In this document: positions 1 through 12,066 of the stretch, piece by piece
How the letters are laid out: every line of letters begins with the position of its first letter
How positions within the stretch are numbered: the first letter of the stretch is position 1
Source: Laetmonice hystrix
Taxonomy: Eukaryota
Length of the DNA: 64,000 nucleotides
Assembly (NCBI GenBank): GCA_965235115.1
Contig: OZ249438.1
Location: forward strand, 9,734,001-9,798,000
Reading direction: 5' to 3'
Made by a program: the position numbers and the translations under genes
The notes under the pieces: generated by a model
The model's database searches: none
What the model saw: only the letters and a program-made list of their open reading frames with translations
What the model was told of the DNA's origin: nothing

Positions 1-208
1 ACATTGGGTGGGCCGCCAAATGTCTGCAATCGGATGATATTAAAACAAGCCACCGTCTTCTCCTACCTCCCATCTTCCCACGTCTATAGCGCAGTTGTAA
101 CCTTTGGACGGACTTCCAGCGAGAGGAGCACTGACCTTCGCAGCCATATACGTTTCCTTTAAATCGCGGCATACCTGACCAGAAAGAAGTGGGCGTGGCG
201 GGGGTTGA

Positions 209-342
209 GGAAGTGTGTGAAGTTATGAATGAATTCAAGGTACATAGGTCCTGGAAGTGTGTGAAGTTATGAATGAAGTCAAGGTACATAGGTCCTGGAA
301 GTGTGTGAAGTGTTGAATGAATTCAAGGTACAAAGGTCCTGG
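209..342. repeat. 44-bp tandem repeat x3
   Basis: ggaagtgtgtgaagttatgaatgaattcaaggtacataggtcct at 209, 253, 297. Confidence 0.9.
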
Positions 343-2661
343 TGAGGTAACAGCAGTTCTGATTCTCGCGAGACTCTGCGTGAGGTGGCGTGATTGATTG
401 CAACTATCCGGAGCAACAGCCGGGGGTATTTTAGGTTATGTTAGAGGGGGTCGCCTGGTGATGTTGGGAGGGGGCATAGCCCCACGTGGACCGGTGTCAG
501 GAAGGACAATGACCACGCGTGCCGGGATGGATCCCATTCCCACGTGGACTAAGCCCAACGTGACGGAGGGAAGGACCCCAGACGTGGACGGTGGACGGGA
601 CGGGAACGATCATTGGCTCCACGTGTCTGAAATTGGGGACGGCCCCCCGCCCACACCCACACCCACACCCCAAACGTGGCCGAGTGTAGGCCCCAAACCA
701 GGCCCATATGGTTGAGGCCATGTCTCGGGGAGTACACCCCCTCAACAGGTCAAGTCGCTCGAGTATTGTTTGATCAGACCAGAAATGTTTACCGAATCTC
801 CCGTGGAGACCGTGCCTCACTGACATGAGGTACACAGCAGGCCATACATATATTTACTGAGAGGATTCTTCCCAGTTTTTCCCATCGAAAGCACTCACTT
901 GTCGCTTCTTGTACTTGAAAGTGCTGAAAGCGTTGTTAAACTCCGTAAACCTCTGCCACAGCATGACGGGTAGCACGTCAGTTTACAGTCACAGGTGGCG
1001 ACGATTTCAGCGCCCCCATACGATACAGTTTGGAACCAGATGACCATTTTTTCAAAAATGAGTCTATTTTTTGGGCGTAAGAATTAATTGTGACCATGTG
1101 GAATTAAATGTCGTTCGAACGCAGGCTTGCACTGTGGAGAGATAAAAGGCACATCTTTGTTTTCCTGGCCACTGGAATTGAATTCCGACTTGCCAGAATT
1201 AATTCCAAGTCACCAGGAATGAAAGTTTCCAACTATGTTCCATTGTACCCGACGGGTGAGCTAAGGTTCACCATTTCTCAGGGAGGCAGAATGATTGCAA
1301 GTGACGATTCCCGTACAGCCAATATGGCATGGGAATTCAAACAAAACTTCGTATCTCCTTCGGTGTTAATCCAATGGAAATGTCAGGTTGTTCTTACAGA
1401 CCCTAAAACAAACACTAACAAAATTTTCTCAGTCACCATCATGCAAGTCATGAATAAATGTTTATATTTTTGCATATTTGAATACCTCACCGAATGCAGA
1501 GCCATTTTACACTGCATAATTTTGCACGGCCGAATGTTAAACGTGGAGTCGGTTGGAGTTAAGAGTTGCCTGTCTTTATTTGCGCGGCTCATGTCGGTTT
1601 GGTTAATGCCGTCCTGGACGTGTCGTAGAACCCGGGTAGGGAGACGGCACAGTCAGCCGGCCGCATGACGAGCAATGCCTTAACGTCATATTAACATTTC
1701 CCATCAAGATCCCGGCGTGGCTGGCAGGAGTAGAAGTAAATAGTAGCAGGCTGACCGAGGTAACAACCAATTTCCTGCTGGCCTCACGGCTCTGTGCCGG
1801 CTGATCTGGCCGCGATCTGACCACCGAGTTCGTCTCGTATCTCCACTGGACCCACTCCCGCCAGTCGTCATGTGAGGGCGGCAGCAAATAGTGCCGTAAA
1901 GTGGGGGCCGTTTGCTAAGCCGCAGTCGGTTACATTTAATTTCCCTCCCAAGCGCGATGAACTTGTGGCGGTCAAACTGTGCGTGTGTTGTGAGGGGGGT
2001 GGGGTGAGGGGGGGGGGGGGCTGGAGCAGAGGCTGAGTGGTCCGGAGCCAGCGGCAGGGCAGACAGAAAAATAAGATTGTGACGAGAGGAATAATTACCC
2101 TCGATGTCAATCCGGACGAGATAACTGTACGAGAGACCATGGGAAGATGGAGATCGGCGGACTCCCAGTCTGCTGCTGCTGTCTGTGGACGAGTGTGGGG
2201 GTCAATGATTTATATAACATCCATTACCACATCATGCTTTATGGTTATTTAAATAAACGTGCTGGTTATAGGTTGGAAGGTTTTGTATTCCCCCCCTCAA
2301 CCTAATACTGTTGGTGATAATGGTTTGTTCCCACCTTAAAACATAATTATTGTTCAGTTGGCCTGAAAAATGCCTGTCTGTAGTGTGAATTGTTCAACAG
2401 TTTTGTTGTTTTTGTGCGATGTTTTTCACCTAGCGAAGGGGGAGTGTTCTGTTTCTCTGAGTTTTGTTTATGTTTCAACGGGTACTGCTTCTAGTAAGCC
2501 GAGACTATTTATGAACATCAAATTCAAGACAGTACAGACATGGCCTATAATTCTTAGTCACATTTAACGTGGGGTATCGAGTTCAATGCCTGTTGTTTCT
2601 TCAGATATGTATCCCAGCGTTTTCTCCATTAATTCGTCCAGGTAGGACCGCACTGATTTAT

Positions 2662-2886
2662 GATCGTTTCAGTTATCTCATTGCCACGTCACTGGGGAAC
2701 ACGGGATTGTGTCCGTAGATCGTTTCAGTTGTCTCATTGCCACGTCACTGGGGAACACGGGATTGTGTCCGTAGATCGTTTCAGTTGTCTCATTGCCACG
2801 TCACTGGGGAACACGGGATTGTGTCCGTAGATCGTTTCAGTTATCTCATTGCCGTGTCACTGGGGAACACGGGATTCTGTCCGTAG
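2662..2886. repeat. 56-bp tandem repeat x4
   Basis: gatcgtttcagttatctcattgccacgtcactggggaacacgggattgtgtccgta at 2662, 2718, 2774, 2830. Confidence 0.95.
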
Positions 2887-2919
2887 AAACATTTCCGGGA
2901 CCTGCTCGGGCAGCAGGCG
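2887..2919 (+). CDS. candidate 33-nt frame-preserving micro-exon (unverified)
   Basis: tccgtag|aaacatttccgggacctgctcgggcagcaggcg|gtaaga; open in all three phases (phase 0 gives KHFRDLLGQQA); sits at the end of a 56-bp array as the real exons do. No homology support. Confidence 0.2.
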
Positions 2920-3310
2920 GTAAGAATGGGTTCGCTCGAGGGTAGGGTAATGTATTAGTCGGTGAGACTGAATGGCCGTTCTGTGGCGATGGAGATTGTG
3001 ATTGTATCGGTTCCTCTCACACAGCTCTACAAAACGGACTACAATTCATTGAGTGTGGCTTCCCACTGCATCGCTGTGCGCAGCGTGCATCTGGACTGGA
3101 ACTAAATGTGGCTTCCCACCGCAGCCGTGAATGTGAATTTGGCTCCGTATATAAGTATTCCTCCCAAGTGTGGCTTCCCACCACAACTCTCCATTATTGT
3201 GGCTTCTCACCACCGCCACCCTCCTGAATGTGGCTGCCCATTCTAGCGCTCCTCCGAGATGTGGCTTCCAACTGCCACCCTCCCCTTACATTTGGGCATC
3301 ATTGGTTCTT

Positions 3311-4740
3311 GTGATGGGCCATGTGGACACGGCTGGCCCTGTGATGGGCCATGTGGGCACGGCTGGCCCTGTGGTGGGCCATGTGGGCACGGCTGGCCCT
3401 GTGGTGGGCCATGTGGGCACGGCTGGCCCTGTGATGGGCCATGTGGGCACGGCTGGCCCTGTGATGGGCCACGTGGGCACGGCTGGCCCTGTGGTGGGCC
3501 ACGTGGGCACGGCTGGCCCTGTGGTGGGCCATGTGGGCACGGCTGGCCCTGTGGTGGGCCACGTGGGCACGGCTGGCCCTGTGGTGGGCCACGTGGACAC
3601 GGCTGGCCCTGTGGTGGGCCACGTGGGCACGGCTGGCCCTGTGGTGGGCCATGTGGGCACGGCTGGCCCTGAGATGTGCCATGTGGGCACGGCTGGCCCT
3701 GTGATGGGCCATGTGGGCACGGCTGGCCCTGTGATGGGCCATGTGGGCACGGCTGGCCCTGTGATGGGCCACGTGGGCACGGCTGGCCATGTGATGTGCC
3801 ATGTGGGCACGGCTGGCCCTGTGGTGGGCCACATGGGCACGGCTGGCCCTGTGATGGGCCATGTGGACACGGCTGGCCCTGTGGTGGGCCATGTGGGCAC
3901 GGCTGGCCCTGTGGTGGGCCATGTGGGCACGGCTGGCCCTGTGGTGGGCCATGTCGGCACGGCTGGCCCTGTGGTGGGCCATGTGGGCACGGCTGACCCT
4001 GTGATGGGCCATGTGGGCACGGCTGGCCCTGTGATGGGCCACGTGGGCACGGCTGGCCCTGTGGTGGGCCACGTGGGCACGGCTGGCCCTGTGGTGGGCC
4101 ATGTGGGCACGGCTGGCCCTGTGGTGGGCCACGTGGGCACGGCTGGCCCTGTGATGGGCCACGTGGACACGGCTGGCCCTGTGGTGGGCCACGTGGGCAC
4201 GGCTGGCCCTGTGGTGGGCCATGTGGGCACGGCTGGCCCTGAGATGTGCCATGTGGGCACGGCTGGCCCTGTGATGGGCCATGTGGGCACGGCTGGCCCT
4301 GTGATGGGCCATGTGGGCACGGCTGGCCCTGTGATGGGCCACGTGGGCACGGCTGGCCATGTGATGTGCCATGTGGGCACGGCTGGCCCTGTGGTGGGCC
4401 ACATGGGCACGGCTGGCCCTGTGATGGGCCATGTGGACACGGCTGGCCCTGTGGTGGGCCATGTGGGCACGGCTGGCCCTGTGGTGGGCCATGTGGGCAC
4501 GGCTGGCCCTGTGGTGGGCCATGTCGGCACGGCTGGCCCTGTGGTGGGCCATGTCGGCACGGCTGACCCTGTGGTGGGCCATGTGGGCACGGCTGGCCCT
4601 GTGATGGGCCATGTGGGCACGGCTGGCCCTGTGATGGGCCATGTGGGCACGGCTGGCCCTGTGATGGGCCATGTGGGCACGGCTGGCCCTGTGATGGGCC
4701 ATGTGGGCACGGCTGGCCCTGTGATGGGCCATGTCGGCAC
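3311..4740. repeat. 30-bp minisatellite, ~48 copies, with 570-bp higher-order repeat
   Basis: unit gtgatgggccatgtgggcacggctggccct; diagnostic variants recur at a 570-bp offset. Confidence 0.97.
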
Positions 4741-6215
4741 GATGTACAAGGAGTAGTTGTTCCTTTGAACCCTTTGCGTGATTCTATAAGAAAGAACTGT
4801 GGATGGAGAAGTTGTGTAAAGCACGATTACCGCCCAACAAGTCTCCAACTGGTCTCATTGATCAGATCGAGGCCGGAGACGACTTCTCTCAGCCAATGTA
4901 CACAGTACGGACCAACAGAGAATATTACTGTTTTCGTCGATGGAAAATTTACAGTATTGACTGAAGATAGATGGAACATTTACCGTCTTTATGCTGGACG
5001 CGTGTGTCAGTTACTGCACTATCCTGTGATAGACCGAACATATCGTGTTTGAGTGACATAAACGAAAACTGTCACCATCAGCACTGGAGATATGTATCAA
5101 CGTATAGATTTCTATGTCTTACATGTATTATGATTGGCCGGAGTGGACAAAAATAGGAATACACTATATAATTATTCATTATATGTGCTAACGTTATGTT
5201 TATATTTGATCCAATATGGCCAACCATAGCTCTTAAGGTAAGAATCAGCCGGTTTGTCGGCCCGACCAGTGCAGATGACCCTACACCTTTAGGACATGTT
5301 CCCGACCATGTAAACCAAGCAGCCAATTGATAAACGACCGCCCACAGAAGTGATTTCCGTCAATTTTAACTCACACGGTTTTGGTAAATTGTGGCCCCCA
5401 GACAACTTAAGTGAGAATGCCATGACTAACGATGTCTGGGTCTGGATGACATTTGACGGACCTTCGTGAACAAAAGGTTCCGTCACCTTACGGCGTGCAA
5501 GTCGAACATGGTAGTCCGTGCTCTGTCGTGTGGATCGACGGTCATTTGTTAGAGACGTAAGAAGTTGGGGCATTTTGTTTGTGACGACAGAAGTTGGGGC
5601 ATTTGTTAGCGAAAATAAGTTTCCAATTGTGGAAGTGTGTATAGTCTGGTTGGGGAGCCGTTTTGGAAACAAGTAGAGAAACAGGATATCAAGTGGGACA
5701 TTTGTTAGAGACATGAGAAGTTGGGGCATTTGTTTGGAACATGAGAAGTTTTGGCATTTGTTTGGGACCTAAGAAGTTCGGGCGTTTGTTAGCGAAAATA
5801 AGAAGTTGCCAGTTGTTCGGGGCATTTAGAAGTGAGGAGTAAAGCGGGGCTGGTTTAGAACCTCAAAGAGGAGCGTTTCGGAAACATGCACAGGAAGAGG
5901 ATATCAAGTGGCAGAGACCAAGGACTTGACTAACGACGACCTCTTCACAGCCGAGCGAGCCGTGTAAAGAGAACTACCGGGCCTGGCGTGTCTCACTGCC
6001 CGGACCGTCCCTCACCTGGAGCAGGAGACCACCGCCCTGGAGGAGCAATGGTCTCCGCACGCTGGCCTGACACAGCCCGCCCGCCGCACCTGTTTCTGGT
6101 TGGCAGCATCAGCCCGGTTCAGTTCGCCATGGTCAACAACAGTTGGGGAGAGGGTTGACAGGTCGGTAAGCCTGGTGCAGCGTGCGGCCTGGTGTGGGTT
6201 AACTACAGGTAGGAG

Positions 6216-6550
6216 TTTGTATCTTTGGTGCAGCTTCCTGTCTTAACCGGGTTGGGTAATGATAGGCGTTGGTACCTTTGGTGCAGCTTGCTGTCTTAAC
6301 CGGGTTTGGTAATGGTAGGAGTTGGTACCTTTGGTGCAGCTTGCTGTCTTAACCGGGTTTGGTAATGGTAGGAGTTGGTACCTTGGGTGCAGCGTGCCGT
6401 CTTAACCGGGTTTAGTAATGGTAGGAGTTAGTACCTTTGGTGCAGCTTGCTGTCTTAACCGGGTTTGGTAATGGTAGGAGTTGGTACCTTTGGTGCAGCT
6501 TGCTGTCTTAACCGGGTGTGGTAATGGTAGGAGTTGGTACCTTTGGTGTA
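6216..6550. repeat. 53-bp tandem repeat, ~6 copies
   Basis: ggtgcagcttgctgtcttaaccgggtttggtaatggtaggagttggtaccttt. Confidence 0.92.
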
Positions 6551-7195
6551 GTGTCCTGGCTTGTCTGTGTTAACGTTACCTAGACGGTAGCTTTGTATTG
6601 TAACTGGTGTCGCCCCCTGGCCGTGGGGGTGGGTAATACCAGGATCAAGTTATGGTTTTTGACGACATGGGACACAGTCAAGTTATCAGGCGACTGCATT
6701 CACTTATCGTGTCAGAAGACAAAAACGGTCAAAAGTTGAAAATATTGGCAGATACATTTTAAGTGGTGAGAACTATCATTACTGGTTTCAGAGGTTCTTT
6801 TTATGCCATGAAAAACGGGGATGATATGCGTCAGCAGTGCCGTGGGCTTTGAAAAGTACACAGAAAGTTAATTATCTTCTGTGAAGAAAAACACTAAGGT
6901 CGGTGAGGGTAACTCGTGGAGAATGTGTACATACAGCTGTGAGGGCAGCAAGATGAGTGCTACCTATCACCCTCCCCCACCCCCGCCCCCTCCCCCAGGA
7001 CCGGTGAGGGGGGAGAGTGCCAGGTCTGAGCGGTCTCATGTTCCGTCTTCATTGCCTGACCGGCCGGGGGTCGGGGGATGGACCGTCTACCTGTCAGACT
7101 GACTAACGGAGGCGGGACATCTCCGGTATTGTCTTTAATATTGTGGGCGCGAGACGACCTTCTCATGGCCACTTCACATCCGACGGTACAGTGCG

Positions 7196-7645
7196 GATCT
7201 GGTACACGGTGGGCCTGGTACACGGTGGGCCCGGTACACGGTGGGCCCGGTACACTGAACCAGAACACCATGAGCTCGGTACACTGTGAACCGGTAACCA
7301 TGAGCCCAGTACACTGTGATCCGGTGCAGCATGAGCCCAGTACACTGTGAACCGGTGCACCATGAGGCCAGTACACTGACTTAAAGTGCACTGTGAACCG
7401 AACACGGTACACTGAACCAGTACACTCTGATCCGGTGCAGCATGAAAAACCGTGATCCGGTAGGGTGTGATCCGGTGCAGCATGATCCGGTACACTGTGA
7501 TCCGGTAGGGTGTGATCCGGTGCAGCATGATCCGGTACACCGTGATCCGGTAGGGTGTGATCCGGTGCAGCATGATCCGGTACACGTAATCCGGTATGGC
7601 GTGATCCGGTACACCGTGATCCGGTATGGCGTGATCCGGTACACC
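7196..7645. repeat. degenerate short-unit minisatellite
   Basis: recurrent gatccggtacac / gatccggtgcagcat / gatccggtagggtgt units. Confidence 0.85.
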
Positions 7646-10600
7646 GGGCCGGGCTCACAGACCCACTGTCCCTCCGATCTCGGTATGTTTGGCCCACGTG
7701 GACTGAAGTCAGGTCTACATGTTGATATATGGATTATTTGAATATATATGGCATCATTTACATAAATAACTGTCTTCTTATTAGTTGATTTAATGTAGAC
7801 ATAAATAATGTATGTATAATATCATGAGTATTCAGATATAGCATTAGCTATTCCGACTTTTTTTTTGGTCTGGTGCGGTCAACTAGACACGCACAGTGCC
7901 AAGATCGGTATGTGCACTCCAGTACATGTATATGGACGTGGCAATCGAAATGCCGCTATAGTCTATAGTTGAAAACGCTGGAGTGTTACTGTCTTTCACG
8001 AAGCTTGGAAGGCCTGTTTTAACAAGAGTTGTGATTTCGCCTGAAGAATTACCGCAATAATTTCAGTTGTGTTAATCATGCAATACCGGTGAAATATTTC
8101 ATCTTCATAAATACAAAGTAATTTAGGGATTCTTATTTTTGACATTTTCACGCGAAGTTCCTCTTTAAGGCAGCCAAGCGGCTGGTTAACGTGTTTTGAA
8201 TTAACTCGATGGGCGGACGCTGTTTTCATTTTAATGAATTGAATGATGCTAGAGGATTTAAAAGACATTGGGCGCTTTTTAGATACCAGTAGATATGAAA
8301 TCATTACAGGAGATTTTATCTGCCGGTTTTCCGCAGAAATTCTTCCACCTGCCTCTGAGTGCAGGATTGCAGAAATCCTTCAGCTTCAGCTGGGATTTGA
8401 CGACCGAATGTATAAATGTCAAATGCGAAGGATGGGCTTTCACGTGGAATGAGATGTGTGTGGTTTTGACTTCGGATCAGCCAGATTCCCTTCAAAACTA
8501 AATCAGCCTGCAAAATTGGAAATAGACAAAAATCAGCTAGTCGGATCATGTCATGTTTTCTCTGCATGAACTCATGCGTCTAGTCCCGGGTCGAGTTAAC
8601 TTTCTAATCCATGGCGTCACGTCCAACATCCAGTCGACTCTCACAGGAATCGAGCGAGTTTGAAAATCAGTGAGGTTTTCAAATCGGGCCGAGGCTATAG
8701 CCTAGGTGTCCGCTGAGGTAAACCTCTTGGGTGCATGCTGTCAGTTTGAGTCCGAATTTGGGATTGTGGAGTTGTTGGGTGAAGGGACGGCGGAGACGTA
8801 TGACCAGGCAAGTCGGCTATAGACTCGGGGACAGTTTATTATAGGCACACTCGGCTCACCCTCGACTGACTGACGTCATGTCTCAGCTGTACGACGGAGG
8901 TCGCCATGTTGGGGGTGGGCGGGTGGCTAGGTCGGGATCAGTGGCCCCTTTGGCGTCGATTTTTCTCCTTTTTCTCCATAGATCTTTCTGGATTAATCAT
9001 TTTGTACCTCCCCGCCTTTTCAAATTCCTGGATCCGCCCCTGTATTAGGAAACCAGGTCGTGGACCAGGCCAGAGGACCAGGCAAGTCGATTAGCCCGTA
9101 GGGACCGGACATGGGGACAAGGCCGCGGTATATAGCGGACTAGAGAACCAGCCCGCCTAACCAGCCCACACCCATGTGTAGTTTGTAATTTCAGAATTCT
9201 TCCGCGGGATCCTTCAGTTTTAAATAGAACGAAAACATCTGCGTAACACTTTATTGAAAGCAGGTTCGACAAGGTGTTTTATTACGACTCCCAAATATTT
9301 GTGAGAGAATTAATGCAGCCACTGTTTATTTATTGATACAACCCGTGTACGGGGCACTTGCCCAGTGGTATGAGAGAGCGGGTTGATGAAGATGAGTGGA
9401 GAGGGGCCCTGAGGACGAGGAAGGAGGTAAGTGTATGGATTGCCAACGTTTACCGTTGTTACAGTCGGTGGTGGAGAGAAGCACCTCTCATGGCTGTGGC
9501 TGACACGGTAACGACCCCTCACCGCCAGGGCCAGGACGGCTCGGCCCGCCTGCAGGTACAACAACCAGATCCTTGGCGACAAGTTTGGCGCTCTGCCACC
9601 CTACCCGCCGGCGGTGTCATAATGTATAACAAGCATTTGGGGGAGGAGGAGGGAGGTTTTCTCGGCACTCGCCGAGCGCACCGGCCCAGCGCGGCCTTGA
9701 CTTCCCACCTGGCTGCCAAACGGCGCTGGCTGCATGGCCAGTCGGTCGGCCGGCCGGCTGGCTGCCCCCCCCCCCCCCCCCACCTCCACCCGCCGGCCGT
9801 CTGGAGGCCTCCCCACTCGATATCTACATGCGGAATTAAAAAAGATATGGGATCTCATACGGTATTCTGCCAAAATGTCCTGTTCGTGGCAATTACCCAA
9901 AGGTAAAGTCAGTACGCCGCCATTGTCTCTTATCTGGTGTGAGAAATGGGCGTCGTTTGATTGCCTACAGTGCTAACTGCTATATAGGTGCTAAATGAAG
10001 TCGCTGCTTTGTTCCCCATACAGGGCCGCCACTTACTGTGTACCAGGTGTTACGACTGGGTCCTGTTAAGAGCCTTTGTGACCGGAGTTTACCAATTAAG
10101 GCAAGATCAATATCCAAGATTTCAACACCAGCTAAGTGGTGTTGTATAGAAAGGACGGGGTACTGTCGTTATATCGTTACCGCAGGCGGTCAGCTATCCG
10201 GGTCTCTTGCCCTGTATCTGTGAATCTAAAAACGAGTCTGTGTGAGATATGTGCTCATGTGAGCGGTGAGCGCCAGTTAATGGTATTTTATCAATATTTT
10301 CTAACATTCCAAAAGATTCTTGACTTGGCCCCGACTTGAGCACCTCTTTTGTCAGTATTCCCTGTTGGACTGTAGCTCCTCCGCTTACCAAGATCCAGCT
10401 TTATGGGATATTCTTTCCGTGTCTTTGTGCGCGCAGTGAAATTGTTCTTTTTGTTCTATAAATGCTGTGCTGTCAACTAAAAGAGATACAAAACTGCCAA
10501 ATCTGTTTCCTACAACAGCTACAGATCGTTCCTATATGTAGCATACAGTCATGTAATAGTTTCTTACATAAAACCTATATATAGGACTATATAAAGAACA

Positions 10601-10666
10601 GGATAAATGCGGAGGAATATGAACTTAATATGCCAGACCGGAGAGTGATGGTGGGGGTTGGGGGCT

Positions 10667-10919
10667 CTAAGCAGCAAGCTTTAGGTTAAGCAGAGCTACG
10701 GCAGCCTATAGGGACATAGACCTTTAGCGTTTTTAACTTTCTGATTGATTTTCATCGATATTTTCACAGTGATAATAATTTAACCGTGGTGTTAATATTT
10801 TCACCGCGGTGATATTTCCACTGCCGTGAAAATATCCATGAAAATCAATGTAGAAATTTGAAGTGTCTGTGTCCTTGTGGGCCACCGTAGCCCTGCTTAG
10901 CTTAAAGCTTGCTGCTTGG
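10667..10919. mobile_element. foldback / MITE-like inverted repeat element (~250 bp)
   Basis: Outer arms 10667-10721 and 10865-10919 match 45/55 as inverted repeats; inner arms 10745-10767 and 10826-10848 match 22/23. No clear TSD seen. Confidence 0.6.
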
Positions 10920-11859
10920 AACCTTTTTGAAACCGGGGCCAGGCCCCCAGACCTAAAACGTAACCCTATCCCTGCCCCTACACCAGTTTGTTGGCAATAT
11001 TAGAGATAGCAGGGCAATATTCGATATTAAGACGTTTTAACACTGCCAACCTCTGGTCGTAACGTTATGTATAAGACAAGCGCTCCCATTGGTCAGATTG
11101 GTCCATTCCGCGCGGCTCCGTAACGTCACCTCTGATGGCATGTCATGAAATTCCATCATGAGATCTTCCGGTGGACCATCTAATTCATATAAAGATGACA
11201 AAACCATGGATTTATTGATAACGATTTTATGAGGATATGTGTGTTCCGCGAGCAGATCTGTATCAATAAAGTTGACTCGAGGGAGCCGCTCGCCAGCGCG
11301 ATCTTTATCTACTGGTGTATACGAACAGCGTTTTGTTGATGATAACTCAGACAACTTACGCTACACGTGGTGTAATCTATGGTAATCTAGGGGGACTTCT
11401 TGTCGTTACAGGTTACACGTGGTGTAATCTATGATAATCTAGGGATTACTTGTCGGATCTATTGTTGTTGATAATGGTAACGGAGAGAAGATTGTCAGAC
11501 ATGAATGTCAGGGCCGTAAGCACGTTTAGAAATGTCCGAGTGCTGTGCGCTGGGCCGGCGATATATTAAAGTACGGATGTCCACTGATAGTATAGATCTA
11601 GATACGAAAGTGGCGATACGGAATTTAATAACGATGGGTAGGTATCGGTCGTCCTGGTGATTCCAGACCAAGGCAAGGGTGTAGCCAGGGAGGTTTCGGG
11701 TTGTCCGCCCCCCCCCCCCCCCAATCAAAAATTCAGTGATAAATAAATAAAATAAATTTATGATTAGGTAAAACCTATAGGTGATCAGCTGGAAATGCTT
11801 TGGATTCTGGGGGCCTGGATCCCCCCCCCCAATATCCGGACCCACCCCCCTTATTACAT

Positions 11860-12066
11860 TGGATCATGTTGAATGACACTGAGGGCTTCAGCCTCAGAAA
11901 CCGACAGCATTTAGTGTTACTGGTGGAAGAAACCGTAGTACCCGAAAAAACGACGTTGAAGCAAGTATAACTGAAAGAATTCTCAAATGCAAAGACAGGG
12001 GTATTCGAACCGAGAGAGGCCCTCTGATGATCAGCACGCTAAGACCACTCCGCTATCGCTGCCCCC
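11860..12066 (-). mobile_element. tRNA-derived SINE
   Basis: Minus strand: box A TAGCGGAGTGG (12055-12045), box B GGTTCGAATAC (12011-12001), then body gggtactacggtttcttccaccag, resembling the GGGTACTCCGGTTTCCTCC core of V/Meta-type SINEs. 3' boundary approximate. Confidence 0.65.

Noticed and set aside
3050-3290. CRISPR-like short direct repeats with unique spacers
   Set aside because: Eukaryotic intronic context, repeat only ~12 nt and degenerate, irregular spacers, no cas genes; in register with the adjacent minisatellite.
3170-4756. 528-aa ORF with a signal-peptide-like N-terminus and His/Gly/Val repeats (GHVGTAGPVV), suggestive of a His-rich structural protein
   Set aside because: It starts at GTG, not ATG. 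The 30-bp unit is stop-free in several frames on both strands, and the variants show no codon-position bias. Best explained as repeat read-through; only transcript or peptide evidence would rescue it.
5951-6208. GC-rich stretch with an acceptor-like start and donors at 6167 and 6209, ahead of the 53-bp array
   Set aside because: No frame stays open from the acceptor to either donor, and no recognisable peptide on either strand.
7107-7215. WD40-like peptide TSDGTVRIW
   Set aside because: In-frame TAA just upstream, no credible acceptor, and it runs directly into a repeat.
9358-9906. 182-aa ORF with internal donor-like sites (9427, 9555)
   Set aside because: No recognisable domain, non-ATG start, includes a poly-C run; candidate exon peptides do not fit an Ig fold.
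11037-11354. 105-aa minus-strand ORF, possible transposase fragment
   Set aside because: No catalytic or family motif that I recognise; cannot be supported without an HMM search.
11995-12066. Possible functional tRNA gene
   Set aside because: Boxes A and B are present but I could not fold a convincing cloverleaf, and it continues into a SINE-like body; treated as a SINE head.
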